NCBI GenBank assembly: GCA_965116925.1
Contig: OZ220744.1
Span: forward strand, 3,424,001-3,488,000
DNA length: 64,000 bases
Source of the DNA: Candidatus Poribacteria bacterium
GTDB lineage: Bacteria > Poribacteria > WGA-4E > PCPOR2b
Direction: 5' to 3'
Shown: piece after piece, positions 42,747-53,344 of the stretch
Numbering within the stretch: the stretch's first letter is position 1
Layout of the letters: every line of letters begins with the position of its first letter
The notes under the pieces: generated by a model
Databases searched by the model: none
What the model was told of the DNA's origin: nothing
The model's input: the letters and a program-made list of their open reading frames with translations, nothing else
Made by a program: the position numbers and the translations under genes

Positions 42747-43538
42747 ATGGCAATTTATAGAGACGGAAAATTGGTAGGCGTGGGAGGGAACATTGCCCCA
42801 ACGATCTTCACCGATGGTGTGACGCTGGAAGGCGATGGCTCGAAGAACAACCGGGTGCGGGTGAAGAACGCTGGAATTAACACCGTCCATCTTGGCGAGA
42901 ATGCCGTAACCTTGGCGAAGCTAGCGCAGGGTGAAGCGAATCGGGTGCTTGTATACGATAGCACCGGGGCACTGGTCAAGGGGCAGAGGTATGCCCCCAA
43001 AGCAGTTTGGTGGGGCTTCAAGCAAAGGGGTCGTGTTGAGCCACAGCGAGCATTTTCAGCAGATTATGCCCATACCGCAATTCTGAGGTTCAAGAAATCA
43101 ACCCCCGATGAGAACTATTTTGGTGGCGATAGCTTGGGCACTATTATGCAAGGCACCCCGGCACCGGGCAGTTTCATTAGTGCAAAGGTGGATACGGGTT
43201 ATCCCGGTGGGGCTAATGCGATCCTCACGTTACACGCCAACCAGTTTTTCCAACTACCGGCAGGGGTTTGGAACCTATTTTGTCATGTGGATGATTCCAG
43301 TGCCGGTGGAGCAGATGGGCACCTGTCATTGATGCAAATCAGGAGCGGCAACGATGATATGGTGTTATTTCACACGGCAGGTTGGCAAAATTCATCGGCG
43401 TTAGGTGGAAGCACCTATAATTTGAGCGTCCCCTTGCTGCCAACAGATGGTACAGAGTATTTTTATCTTCGTTTCCGGAAATCAAGCAGCGGTAGTGCTA
43501 ACTATGCCTACTTTTTGGTGTTGGAGAAGTTGCAGTGA
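42747..43538 (+). CDS. Phage tail-fibre-like protein T1
   Basis: TLEGDGS..N.VRV, GENAVTLAKL fibre-type motif, beta-rich C-terminal domain; paralog of T2. Confidence 0.55.
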   Translation: MAIYRDGKLVGVGGNIAPTIFTDGVTLEGDGSKNNRVRVKNAGINTVHLGENAVTLAKLAQGEANRVLVYDSTGALVKGQRYAPKAVWWGFKQRGRVEPQRAFSADYAHTAILRFKKSTPDENYFGGDSLGTIMQGTPAPGSFISAKVDTGYPGGANAILTLHANQFFQLPAGVWNLFCHVDDSSAGGADGHLSLMQIRSGNDDMVLFHTAGWQNSSALGGSTYNLSVPLLPTDGTEYFYLRFRKSSSGSANYAYFLVLEKLQ

Positions 43539-43598
43539 GACGTGATGCGTGAAAGAGAACACGCCCCACGACCGTGGAGCCACTTTTGCGCTTCATAC

Positions 43599-44471
43599 TT
43601 AGGGCTTTGGCTTTGTTGCAAACACTATCTTGAAATCCGAGGTCCAACATTGGAAATCCTGAACGAAGATATCAATTTCGTATACGGTATCGAATTCCAA
43701 CAACGGGACTCCCTCGGCGGGGGTTATCTGTATACGTCTTTCCATATTCTCGCGCTCAACTAGACCGCGAGGTAACCAACCGAGAGACGCACCCTTATGA
43801 AGCCGGAGGTCAATCTCATACTTTCTGATAGGTTCATTAAATTCAAAATGAATACCATTTGCATTGAGCGGTTCAGGGTCAACGTCAGCCTGTCCACCAA
43901 ACACAGGGGCATCCACAACGAATGGAACACCGGGCTCGAACCGGAAGCGTTCACCTAATGCCACAACGGGTATCCGTTCTTGCATCGCGGGTTCTGGTTG
44001 CCTGACCACAGATCTCTGCGGCTTTGTCCGAAACTGTATCACGATATCTGTGTAATCGCAGTCATAATTTTGAGCGATTATCACAATCTCATACTCGGTG
44101 TCGTGTTTGAACATGCCGGCATCAACGCCATGGATGGGCCATATAAACACATGTTCTGTCTTTCCCCATCGGTGAGCTTCAGGAGAGTCCCAAAGGAGGC
44201 GCGTGCCGTCCTTCTCTCGGAGCGTAACCGAATGCCTATAGACAGGTTCCTTAAATACAAAGAGAAATCCGTCGCTCAACAGTTCAGGATCAACATTAAC
44301 CTCTCCGTGTTTCACGGTGCCTTTTGCAACTAGTGGGTGACCGATAGGTTCATCTTCCATCACAACGGGTGGTGGTTCTTCGATAACAGGTTCTGGTTCC
44401 TCGACTATAGGCGTTTCGGTGCCGCAGCCGAGTATCAGGATAACGAACATCAAGAGAGAAAGTTTTTTCAT
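43599..44471 (-). CDS. Ig-like domain lipoprotein L4 (2 domains)
   Basis: Lipobox; close paralog of L7. Confidence 0.75.
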   Translation of the reverse strand: MKKLSLLMFVILILGCGTETPIVEEPEPVIEEPPPVVMEDEPIGHPLVAKGTVKHGEVNVDPELLSDGFLFVFKEPVYRHSVTLREKDGTRLLWDSPEAHRWGKTEHVFIWPIHGVDAGMFKHDTEYEIVIIAQNYDCDYTDIVIQFRTKPQRSVVRQPEPAMQERIPVVALGERFRFEPGVPFVVDAPVFGGQADVDPEPLNANGIHFEFNEPIRKYEIDLRLHKGASLGWLPRGLVERENMERRIQITPAEGVPLLEFDTVYEIDIFVQDFQCWTSDFKIVFATKPKP

Positions 44472-44506
44472 GATACCTCCTTGGGTTTATTAGTTCAGTT
44501 GAGGTA

Positions 44507-44557
44507 GGTAGGTCTTAAATAGTTACATCCCACTCACTGCGATTTGTTTCAAAAAAA
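44507..44557. repeat. Conserved ~50-bp cassette-boundary box (representative copy)
   Basis: GGTAGGTCTTAAATAGTTACATCCCACTCACT.CGATTTGTTTCAAAAAAA; also near 40651, 42451, 47364, 50247, 51404, 52461, 55490 and 57974. Confidence 0.85.
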
Positions 44558-44600
44558 GAGGACGGGGTTTTATCCGTGTCAACAACATAGGAGCAATCAA

Positions 44601-45362
44601 ATGCCATTAGCGATGGAGGGACCGCGCCCATTGAGTCCTTTGGAACGGGAGGCGTTTCGTTTGGTGTTTTGGGATTCAATTGATCCGTGCGATGTTTATG
44701 TATCAGTTTTTGATGATATTTACAGGGAAGGTGGATATTACAGTGGGGCTGGTAGTATTCAGATTAATAGATCGACGTTCCTAGATGCCAATCTGCATAT
44801 GAATTCGACACATGCGAATACGGATATATTGAAACCTGCGAATATACGGTGTCTATCTACGCTGATACATGAGTCTACACACCATTGGCAATGGACTCAC
44901 AAGAAGTATACAGATGCTGGACCCTACCGTCCTGTACCATATGACTTTAGTTTTGAAGAATTGCAGAAACTGAAATTTATGAAAGAATACCATGAGTTCG
45001 ATCCCCTGTTACCGTCAGAAAAGCCCCTGCCAGAGGGTCACGAGCTCCTGAAAGAGCAACATGCAGCCGCAGCCCAAGTTTATTTTGTCATTGCTTGGCA
45101 GTTGGAACATTCCTCTGATCGTTTAGTGAATCTTACAGAGGGGGCTACGGGTAAGAACATTGTTGGGCCGGTAGAACGTTATCACAGAATTCATGCTATC
45201 CCGGATGCCCATCCACTTGATCCCGTTCCACCTGCCCATCCATTTAATCCCGCTCCGCCTGGACGTAGGGTGTCTCGCCAATATGCAATAGATATAGCCA
45301 ATGATTTTAATGTGTATCTAGTTGATTTGCGTTCTGGAGGACAAAAACAATGGGCTGGTTGA
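44601..45362 (+). CDS. HExxH metallopeptidase-like paralog P2
   Basis: MPLAMEGPRPLSPLE, LIHESTHHWQ, KEQHAAAA; AGGAG RBS. Confidence 0.75.
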   Translation: MPLAMEGPRPLSPLEREAFRLVFWDSIDPCDVYVSVFDDIYREGGYYSGAGSIQINRSTFLDANLHMNSTHANTDILKPANIRCLSTLIHESTHHWQWTHKKYTDAGPYRPVPYDFSFEELQKLKFMKEYHEFDPLLPSEKPLPEGHELLKEQHAAAAQVYFVIAWQLEHSSDRLVNLTEGATGKNIVGPVERYHRIHAIPDAHPLDPVPPAHPFNPAPPGRRVSRQYAIDIANDFNVYLVDLRSGGQKQWAG

Positions 45363-45429
45363 ATCCACCTTATCCTTCTAGTTTCAGCATAGGAGTTTTT
45401 GCTGACATAAACAGCATAGGAGAAATCAA

Positions 45430-46320
45430 ATGCCATTAGCGATGGAGGGAACTCGTGTCTTGAGTCCTTTAGAGCGAGATGCAGTTAAATTAGTGTTTAA
45501 GGACGCAATTGACCCGTGGGATATTAGCTTGACGGTTGTTGAGTCTCTTGAAATTGAGTTGGAGAGGCATGCCTTGCTAGATATTAACAAAAGAGTTGGC
45601 AATCAGTTTAGACCGCTGTCATCTATTCAACCACAGGAAATTATCGATCGGATTAAACAGCCACCACCTATTGAACAGCAATTACCACCAATTGAACGGC
45701 AGCCGGCAACATTTAACCAATCGGTACAGGCGGCTTCTACCTACGATGGTGATGGAAAAATTAGGATTAGCAGGTCTGCCTTCCCGCATACCGATGCTCT
45801 GAATATAAATTCGACTCGTGCGGATACGACGATATTCAAGCCTGCGAATATGCACTATCTATCTACATTGATACATGAGTGCACCCACTACTGGCAAGAG
45901 GTGTATGGTCGACACACATTCTACAAGAATTTCTACGATTTTACTCGATATCAATTGCTGAAACGGGATGTCCCGGAGCTCTCGGCAAACCAACATGCGT
46001 CTGCGGTCCAAATCTATTTTTTAATTGAGTGGCAGTTGGCGCACCGGCCAAAAGGTTCTGATGTAAACCTGACGAGTCGGTCACCAAATCCAGAGCATAA
46101 TGTAGGACCTGTAGATCGTTTTCGTAATATTGACATGCGTATCCATAATTCGGGTAAAGGCACTTCGCGTATTGTTAAATATCAACATGCGCGTGAATCG
46201 ATACACAATTATTTTGGTTGGCTTCTTGTTGAGTTGCGGTATGGATGGAAAGCAGTTTGTCAGGGAAAGGAGTCGTTCGCGAAAAACAAACGCCAAGCTT
46301 GGGTGCCCACTTGGGCTTGA
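45430..46320 (+). CDS. HExxH metallopeptidase-like paralog P3
   Basis: LIHECTHYWQ; NQHASA (the downstream Glu is replaced); Pro/Gln-rich insertion. Confidence 0.72.
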   Translation: MPLAMEGTRVLSPLERDAVKLVFKDAIDPWDISLTVVESLEIELERHALLDINKRVGNQFRPLSSIQPQEIIDRIKQPPPIEQQLPPIERQPATFNQSVQAASTYDGDGKIRISRSAFPHTDALNINSTRADTTIFKPANMHYLSTLIHECTHYWQEVYGRHTFYKNFYDFTRYQLLKRDVPELSANQHASAVQIYFLIEWQLAHRPKGSDVNLTSRSPNPEHNVGPVDRFRNIDMRIHNSGKGTSRIVKYQHARESIHNYFGWLLVELRYGWKAVCQGKESFAKNKRQAWVPTWA

Positions 46321-46378
46321 TTCACAGGCTGATTTTGACGCATATCCACTGGTGTACGGTTTCATCAATGTCGAGGGG

Positions 46379-47263
46379 TTACTCCCTCTTTGTAAAAAAT
46401 GTCAGACTCTTGCTCTCCCCTCCAATGCAGTGGTAACCCAATAGATACATGTCGAGGTGGTACGTTGCACCTTTTTGGAGCATAGAACACGCATACGGTG
46501 GTGGTGTCAGTTTCACTGTCCGTGGATTGCGCCATTCAGCAATCCAGCCAAGCGGTAAGCCATCTCTAAGATGGGAAGCCCATTCAAGGACATCAACCGT
46601 TTTAAGATCGTGATTAAATGCGATAAGGGTGAGGTCAAAGTCGCTCTCAGCAATGTTGCTATCAAACACGATATTGATTCCATGCCGATTCAACCATTCG
46701 GGGTCGACATCAATCCATTCTTTTATGTTAATTGATTCAATGAAGGCTGGTTGGAAATCCAAAGCGGGTGCTGCTGGTACCGCGGGCTCTGTCGTAAAGG
46801 TGATCGTACCTTCAGTTTTCCAAGAACTGAAATCCTGAACAACAAAATCAATGACATAAGTAGTGCCATTGTTAAGCCTGTCACACGGATTTGGTGGAGT
46901 CAATTTTACCGCTTGTCCATCTGGATGCCACTCTGTCTTCCAGTTAAGCGAATAGCCTTCTTCATGAATTAGGTTGAAGTGAGATAGAGAGATTCGCTCA
47001 GAAAATGTGATAAGTACTCCGTCACGATTCAATGGTTCAGGGTCTACGTTAGTAGCACCATCGGCGACGCTACTTTCTGTAATGACCGGTACTAAGATGT
47101 CCAAAGATTCCGCCGCTTGAGACAGTTGATCTGCAATGGCTTGGATTTCGGCGAGATCTACGTTCGGTTCTTCGATAACGGGTGGAGGCTGCTCGACCAC
47201 AGGCGTTTCGGTGCCGCAGCCGAGTATCAGGATAACGAACATCAGTAGAGATAGGTTTTTCAT
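46379..47263 (-). CDS. Ig-like domain lipoprotein L5 (2 domains)
   Basis: Lipobox; close paralog of L8. Confidence 0.75.
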   Translation of the reverse strand: MKNLSLLMFVILILGCGTETPVVEQPPPVIEEPNVDLAEIQAIADQLSQAAESLDILVPVITESSVADGATNVDPEPLNRDGVLITFSERISLSHFNLIHEEGYSLNWKTEWHPDGQAVKLTPPNPCDRLNNGTTYVIDFVVQDFSSWKTEGTITFTTEPAVPAAPALDFQPAFIESINIKEWIDVDPEWLNRHGINIVFDSNIAESDFDLTLIAFNHDLKTVDVLEWASHLRDGLPLGWIAEWRNPRTVKLTPPPYACSMLQKGATYHLDMYLLGYHCIGGESKSLTFFTKRE

Positions 47264-47659
47264 GGGATACCTCCTGAAGAATAATGCCCCGATAAATCGG
47301 GACAGACTGTGAAATGTGATGCGTAAGAGGAAACGGAACGGTGATTTCCGTTCCCTACGAAGCGTAGGTCTTTAATAGTTACATGCCATTCACTTAGATT
47401 TGTTTCAAAAAAAGAGGGAGGCTCTCTGGAACGATTGAAGGATTTTTAGATGCCACTGTTGCAATTACTACTTTGCGATGGGCGTTTACCAACTTCTCTT
47501 GAGAGAGATACTGACGTGCCTACAGCACAGGTTCGTAATTGGGGTTAATATGGAAAATCAACGAAGTCACACGCTGTCCACTATGACTTTTACAGCATTT
47601 TGAGATGACCCCCGTGATGCGGGGAGAGCTGCCAAAACGACGGAATCGGAGGGAAGGCA

Positions 47660-48451
47660 ATGGCAATTTATAGAGACGGAAAATTGGTAGGCGTGGGAGG
47701 GAACATTGCCCCAACGATCTTCACCGATGGTGTGACGCTGGAAGGCGACGGCTCGAAGAACAACCGGGTTCGGGTGAAGAACGCTGGAATTAACACCGTC
47801 CATCTTGGCGAGAATGCCGTAACCTTGGCGAAGATAGGGCAGGGTGAGGCGAATCGAGTGCTTGTGTACGACAGCACCGGTGCGCTGGTGGAAGGGCAGA
47901 GGTACGCCCCCAAAGCGGTTTGGTGGGGCTTGAATCAAAGGGGTCGCATCGAGCCAAAGCGGCCGTTTTCTGCGGATTATGCCCAGACAGCAATTCTAAG
48001 GTTCAAGGGATCAACCCCTGATGAGATCTATTTCGGTGGCGATAGTTTAGACGATATTATGCAACCCGCTCCGACATCGGACAGTTTCATTGCTACAAAC
48101 GTGGATAAGGATTATCCCGATGGGAGCAATACCGACCTAACACTGCAAGCCAACGAGGTCTTCCAACTGCCAGCAGGGGTTTGGAATCTGTTTTGTCATG
48201 TGGATGATTCCAGTGCCGGTGGAGCAAATGGGCACCTGTCGCTGATGGGGGTCATGAGCGGCAACGATGATCTGATTTTATTCCATACAGCAGGACGGCA
48301 GAATGCATCGGCTTTAGGTGGAAGTACCTATAATTTGAGTGTGCCCTTGCTACGAACAGATGGTACGGAGTATTTCTATCTTCGTTTTCGGAAGTCAAGC
48401 AGCAGAAGTGCTCGGTATGCATATTTTCTATTGTTGGAGAAGTTGCAGTGA
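47660..48451 (+). CDS. Phage tail-fibre-like protein T2
   Basis: 263 aa like T1; near-identical N-terminus, divergent middle. Confidence 0.55.
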   Translation: MAIYRDGKLVGVGGNIAPTIFTDGVTLEGDGSKNNRVRVKNAGINTVHLGENAVTLAKIGQGEANRVLVYDSTGALVEGQRYAPKAVWWGLNQRGRIEPKRPFSADYAQTAILRFKGSTPDEIYFGGDSLDDIMQPAPTSDSFIATNVDKDYPDGSNTDLTLQANEVFQLPAGVWNLFCHVDDSSAGGANGHLSLMGVMSGNDDLILFHTAGRQNASALGGSTYNLSVPLLRTDGTEYFYLRFRKSSSRSARYAYFLLLEKLQ

Positions 48452-48718
48452 GACGTAATGCGTGAAATAGAACACGCCCAATGGGGGAAATGGAGTAGGG
48501 CGGACGGCGATGAAGATTAACCAGTCCATCATCGAGCGTCAAGCGGAGCGGTTGACTGATGAACCCCAAGCGGCGGAGGTGCCGGAATCGTTGCCAGTCC
48601 AACCGATTGAAGGAGATGGCAATAATAGCGAAAGCCCTGCTGTGGAGTAGAATTGAGACGAGTATGGGTTAGCATTCACAAGAATGATTAACATCAACAA
48701 AAATAAGGAGAATTTATC

Positions 48719-49345
48719 ATGCCATTAGTTGTGCAAGGTCCTCGTTCATTTAGTCCTCTTGAGAGAGATGCGTTTGATCTGGTGTTTTGGGATTCGATTA
48801 ATGTGGCTGATTTGGAGATTCAGATTGTCGAAAGTTTGGAGGGGGCTTTTGCTCGGTATGACCGGGCAAATCGTAGAGTTCGCATTGCTGCTAACCAGTT
48901 TCCTCATACTGACAATTTGAATACTAATTCATATCGTGGGAACACGGATGAATTTAAGCCGGGAAATATGTGGTATCTCAATACACTGATCCATGAATGT
49001 ACGCATGATTGGCAAGCTGAGAAAAATCTATTCATGGCACCTCTTAAGGGAGAGTATAGCTTTACGAGAGAAGATTTATTGAGTTTATTCCTTGGCAGAG
49101 AACAACATGCGTCTGCTGCAGCCACTTGGTTTGTAATTGGCTGGCAGCTTCAGTATTCCAGTAATGACGTGAATCTGACGACATGGGCGGAAGAGACAAA
49201 GGTAGGAACTGTTAATCGCTATCGTCGGATTCATAATATTCCTCATAGTCAGGCGGAACCGCGTCAGCGTATCCTTTCTCAATCGGAAGCAGTCCCAATT
49301 GCGAATGATTTTGTGCGTCTGTTGAATCATTTACGGGAAGCCTGA
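48719..49345 (+). CDS. HExxH metallopeptidase-like paralog P4
   Basis: MPLVVQGPRSFSPLE, LIHECTHDWQ, REQHASAA. Confidence 0.75.
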   Translation: MPLVVQGPRSFSPLERDAFDLVFWDSINVADLEIQIVESLEGAFARYDRANRRVRIAANQFPHTDNLNTNSYRGNTDEFKPGNMWYLNTLIHECTHDWQAEKNLFMAPLKGEYSFTREDLLSLFLGREQHASAAATWFVIGWQLQYSSNDVNLTTWAEETKVGTVNRYRRIHNIPHSQAEPRQRILSQSEAVPIANDFVRLLNHLREA

Positions 49346-49369
49346 GAAGTTGTCGCAGATTAAACGAGG

Positions 49370-50167
49370 TTATTCCTTTGTTGTTGTAAATGTGGCGTCG
49401 ATTTCGCTTGCCCAACAGTCGTAATCCCGAACAACCATAGCGATGACGTAGGTTCTATCATGTATAAGTATAGAACACAGATTAGGTGAGGTGAGTGTGA
49501 CTGTTCGTTGATCCGCGCTCCATTGGACGACCCAACCGAGCGATGGACCATCTTTAAGGCGTAGGTCAATCTGGGAGGTAGCGATAGGCTCATTAAATTC
49601 AAACCAGAGCCCATCTCGATTCAATGGGTTGGGATCAACAGGATCCCCAGGCAAGTTAGTTGACCTAAGCATAGGTTCTATAATATCAACAGATGGCGCA
49701 GTGCCTACAGGTTTGGGCTTTGTCCTAAATGTCAGGGAAATTTCGCTTACCTGACAGTCGTAATCCTGAATAATCATATCCACGACGTAGGTGCTATTGT
49801 GCAGAAGTGTAGCACACGCGTGGGGCGGGGTCAGCTCTACCCACGATCGGTTCGGTATCCAGTCAACTATCCAATTAAGTGATGGACCATCTTTAAGGCG
49901 TAAGTCAATCTGAGCGGCAGAGATACGTTCAGTAAATCCAACCCAAATCCCATCTCGATTGTATGTTTCAGGGTCAACAATATGACCATCACTCACGTTG
50001 CTCTGCAGAATCTTAGGTTCGTTCTCATTGGCTTGCACAAGCTGAGACAACATCTCAATGGCTGCTCCGTTCTGTTCTATAAGTGCTTTGTTTTCTTCTA
50101 AAAGCGGGTTTTCATTCCCACAGCCAAGAATCAGGATAGCGAACATCAATAGAAATAGCTTTTTCAT
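49370..50167 (-). CDS. Ig-like domain lipoprotein L6 (2 domains)
   Basis: Lipobox; internal duplication QIDLRLKDGPSL. Confidence 0.75.
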   Translation of the reverse strand: MKKLFLLMFAILILGCGNENPLLEENKALIEQNGAAIEMLSQLVQANENEPKILQSNVSDGHIVDPETYNRDGIWVGFTERISAAQIDLRLKDGPSLNWIVDWIPNRSWVELTPPHACATLLHNSTYVVDMIIQDYDCQVSEISLTFRTKPKPVGTAPSVDIIEPMLRSTNLPGDPVDPNPLNRDGLWFEFNEPIATSQIDLRLKDGPSLGWVVQWSADQRTVTLTSPNLCSILIHDRTYVIAMVVRDYDCWASEIDATFTTTKE

Positions 50168-50437
50168 GGGATACCTCCTGAAGAATAATGCGTAATGAGT
50201 GATGTGTAAGAGGAGACGGAACGGAGATCTCCGTTCCCTACAAAGGGTAAGTCTTAAATAGTTAATTGCAACCCATTCCGATTTACTTCAAAAAAAGGCA
50301 CTTGACCGCTGGACATGGCGAGGCGAAGGGTGCCTGAAGCGTCGCTAGTAGGGGTGAGTGAGGAAGATACTGATAATAGCGGCAACCGCGCTGAATCCGA
50401 CACTCTATAACCGCAGATCGGCTTTTGCGCTTCATAC

Positions 50438-51313
50438 TTAGGGCTTTGGCTTCGTGTGAAACACCATCTGGAAATTTCCGGGCCAACAGAAGAAATCCAT
50501 AACGAAAATATCAACCTCGTATGCGGTATCGAACTCCAACAATGGGGCTCCTTCGCCGGGCATTATTTGTATACGTTTTCCGATGTTCTCGTTATTAGCT
50601 AACCCGTGAGGTAACCAACCGAGGGACGCACCACCCTTAAGCCGGAGGTCAATTTTATACTTTTTGATAGCGTGGTTAAATTCAAATTGAATTCCATTTG
50701 CATTGAGCGGTTCCGGGTCGACGTTCTGCCCTCTAAAAGGCACGTCGGCAGCCACGAGTTGTGGCTCAATTATATCCAGCCGGAAGCGTTCACCTGATGG
50801 CACAGCGGGTATCCGTTTTTGTATCACAGGTTCTGGTTCCTCAATCACGGATCTCCGCGGCTTTGTCCAAAACTGTATCACTATCTTTAAGGTGTTGCAG
50901 TCAAAATTTTCAGTATATATTACAATCTCATACTCGGTGTCGTATTTGAACACGCCAGCGTTAACGCCATGGATGGGCCATATAAACACATGTTCTGTCT
51001 TTCCCCATCGGTGAGCTTCGTGAGAGTCCCAAAGGAGGTACGTGCCCTCCTTCTCTTGGACCGTAACCGAATGCCTATAGACAGGTTCCTTAAATACAAA
51101 GAGAAATCCATCGCGATTCAATGGTTCAGGATCAACATTCATTTCTCCGTGTTTCACGGTGCCTTTTGCAACTAGCGGGTGACCGATAGGTTCATCTTCC
51201 ATCACAACGGGCGGCGGTTCTTCGATAATAGGTTCTGGTTCTTCGACCACGGGCGTTTCGGTGCCACAGCCGAGAATCAGGATAGCAAACATCAAGAGAG
51301 CAAGTTTTTTCAT
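50438..51313 (-). CDS. Ig-like domain lipoprotein L7 (2 domains)
   Basis: Lipobox; paralog of L4. Confidence 0.75.
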   Translation of the reverse strand: MKKLALLMFAILILGCGTETPVVEEPEPIIEEPPPVVMEDEPIGHPLVAKGTVKHGEMNVDPEPLNRDGFLFVFKEPVYRHSVTVQEKEGTYLLWDSHEAHRWGKTEHVFIWPIHGVNAGVFKYDTEYEIVIYTENFDCNTLKIVIQFWTKPRRSVIEEPEPVIQKRIPAVPSGERFRLDIIEPQLVAADVPFRGQNVDPEPLNANGIQFEFNHAIKKYKIDLRLKGGASLGWLPHGLANNENIGKRIQIMPGEGAPLLEFDTAYEVDIFVMDFFCWPGNFQMVFHTKPKP

Positions 51314-51499
51314 GATACCTCCTTTGATTCATTAAGGTTACGGCACGAGGGATCCCCGATTCATCGGGATTCAAAGCAACGTGCCTACTACTATAATGAG
51401 GTGGGTAGGTCTTAAATAATTACATGCCATTCACTTCGATTTGTTTCAAAAAATGAGGACGGGGTTTTATCCGTGTCAACAACATAGAATGTCGAGGGT

Positions 51500-52369
51500 T
51501 TACTCCGGCTGTGTAAAAAATATGAAACTCTTGGATTCCCATCCAAGGCAGTGGTAAGGCACTGTACCAATCACGAGGTAGTACGTTGCGCCTTTTTGGA
51601 GCATAGAACACGCATACGGTGGTGGTGTTAGGGTCACGGTCCGTGGATCGCTCCATTCGGTAATCCAGCCAAGTGTTAAGCCATCTAGAAGGGAGGGCCA
51701 TTCAAAGGGGTGAATCCTCTCAAGATCAAGGTTAAGTGCGATAAGGGTGAGATCAAAATAGCTTACAGCAATGTCCTGATCGAACACGATAGTGATTCCA
51801 TGCTGATTCAACGGTTCGGGGTCAACTCGATTATCTGCGTCAGTCCATTTCGCCATGTTAGTTGATTCAATTTGGGGACTAATGAAGTCCAAAGCGGGTG
51901 CTGCTGGCCACCCGGGTTTTGTACTAAATGTAATAGTGCCTTCAGTTTTCCAAGAACCGAAATCCTGAACAACGAAATCAATGACATAGGTAGCACCATT
52001 GCTAAGTATATTACACGGATTGGGTGGAGTCAGTTTTACCGTCTGTCCATCTGGATGCCACTCCATCTTCCAGCTAAGCGAGTAGCCTTCTTCGTAGCGT
52101 AGGTTAAAGTGAGATAGAGAAATCCGCTCATCAAATGTGATATGTATGCCATTACGATTCAGTGTTTCGGGGTCTACATCAGTGTCACCATCAGCGACGC
52201 TGCTTTCTGTAATGACCGGTGCTGAGAGGTCCAAAGATGCAGCTGCTTGGGACAGTTGGTCTGCAACGGCTTGGATTTCGGCGAGATCTTCGTTCGGTTC
52301 TGAGACCGGGTTTTCATTCCCGCAACCCAGAATCAGAAACACGAACAGGTATAGAGAAAGTTTTTTCAT
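51500..52369 (-). CDS. Ig-like domain lipoprotein L8 (2 domains)
   Basis: MKKLSLYLFVFLILGC behind GGAGG; paralog of L5 and L1. Confidence 0.75.
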   Translation of the reverse strand: MKKLSLYLFVFLILGCGNENPVSEPNEDLAEIQAVADQLSQAAASLDLSAPVITESSVADGDTDVDPETLNRNGIHITFDERISLSHFNLRYEEGYSLSWKMEWHPDGQTVKLTPPNPCNILSNGATYVIDFVVQDFGSWKTEGTITFSTKPGWPAAPALDFISPQIESTNMAKWTDADNRVDPEPLNQHGITIVFDQDIAVSYFDLTLIALNLDLERIHPFEWPSLLDGLTLGWITEWSDPRTVTLTPPPYACSMLQKGATYYLVIGTVPYHCLGWESKSFIFFTQPE

Positions 52370-52554
52370 AGGATACCTCCTTGGGTTCATTAGTTTAGTT
52401 AAGGTTACGGCACGAGGGATCGTGCCTACTACTAGAAGGTTCATTGGTTCAGTTGAGGTGGGTAGGTGTCAAATAGTTACATCCCACTCACTTCGATTTG
52501 TTTCAAAAAAAGAGGACGGGGTTTTATCCGTGTCAACAACATAGGAGAAATCAG

Positions 52555-53283
52555 ATGCCATTACCTTTAGAGGGACCGCGCCCATTGAGTCCTTTGGAAC
52601 AGGAGGCACTTCGTTTGGTGTTTTGGGATTCAATTGATCCGTGCGATGTTTATGTGACGGTTATAGAGCGTCTTGAACATACGGTGGGAGGTACGGCTGC
52701 GACTTACAATAATGGAGGTATTAAGGTTAACGGATCAAGGTTTCCGTATACCGATGCCTTGGGTATAAATTCGACGCTTGCGAATACGGATATATTTAAG
52801 CCCGGGAATATGAACTATCTATCTAGGTTGATACATGAGTCTACACATCATTGGCAATCGGTTTACAAAAAGTATGATTGGCGTGGTCCCCCCGATACAG
52901 GAGTATACGACTTCAGTAAGAAAGAATTGGAGACACTAAAGTTTATAAAAGAGGAACATCCGGACCTGAGAGAGCCACATAAGTTCAAGGAAAAGTATGA
53001 TGAGCTCCTTAAAGAGCAGCATGCGTCTGCGGCACAGATTTATTTTTTAATTGAGTGGCAGTTGGAACATTCCTCTGATCCTCTAGTAAATCTTACATAT
53101 GCGTGGAGTAGTAATGAGGAGCGTGTTGGACCGGTAGAACGTTATAGCGAAATTCGTAAGTGGGTTGTTCGCGGTCAGTCCGGACCTTGGATATCTCGTG
53201 CAGATGCGAGCGGTCTAAGCAGTCATTTTAATGCATATCTAGTTGATTTACGTTCTGGAGGACAAAAACAGTGGGCTGGTTGA
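52555..53283 (+). CDS. HExxH metallopeptidase-like paralog P5
   Basis: LIHESTHHWQ, KEQHASAA; shares both termini with P2. Confidence 0.75.
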   Translation: MPLPLEGPRPLSPLEQEALRLVFWDSIDPCDVYVTVIERLEHTVGGTAATYNNGGIKVNGSRFPYTDALGINSTLANTDIFKPGNMNYLSRLIHESTHHWQSVYKKYDWRGPPDTGVYDFSKKELETLKFIKEEHPDLREPHKFKEKYDELLKEQHASAAQIYFLIEWQLEHSSDPLVNLTYAWSSNEERVGPVERYSEIRKWVVRGQSGPWISRADASGLSSHFNAYLVDLRSGGQKQWAG

Positions 53284-53344
53284 GTCCACCTTATCCTTCT
53301 TAGCATAGGATTTTTACTCATCTCAACAACATAGGAGGAATCAG

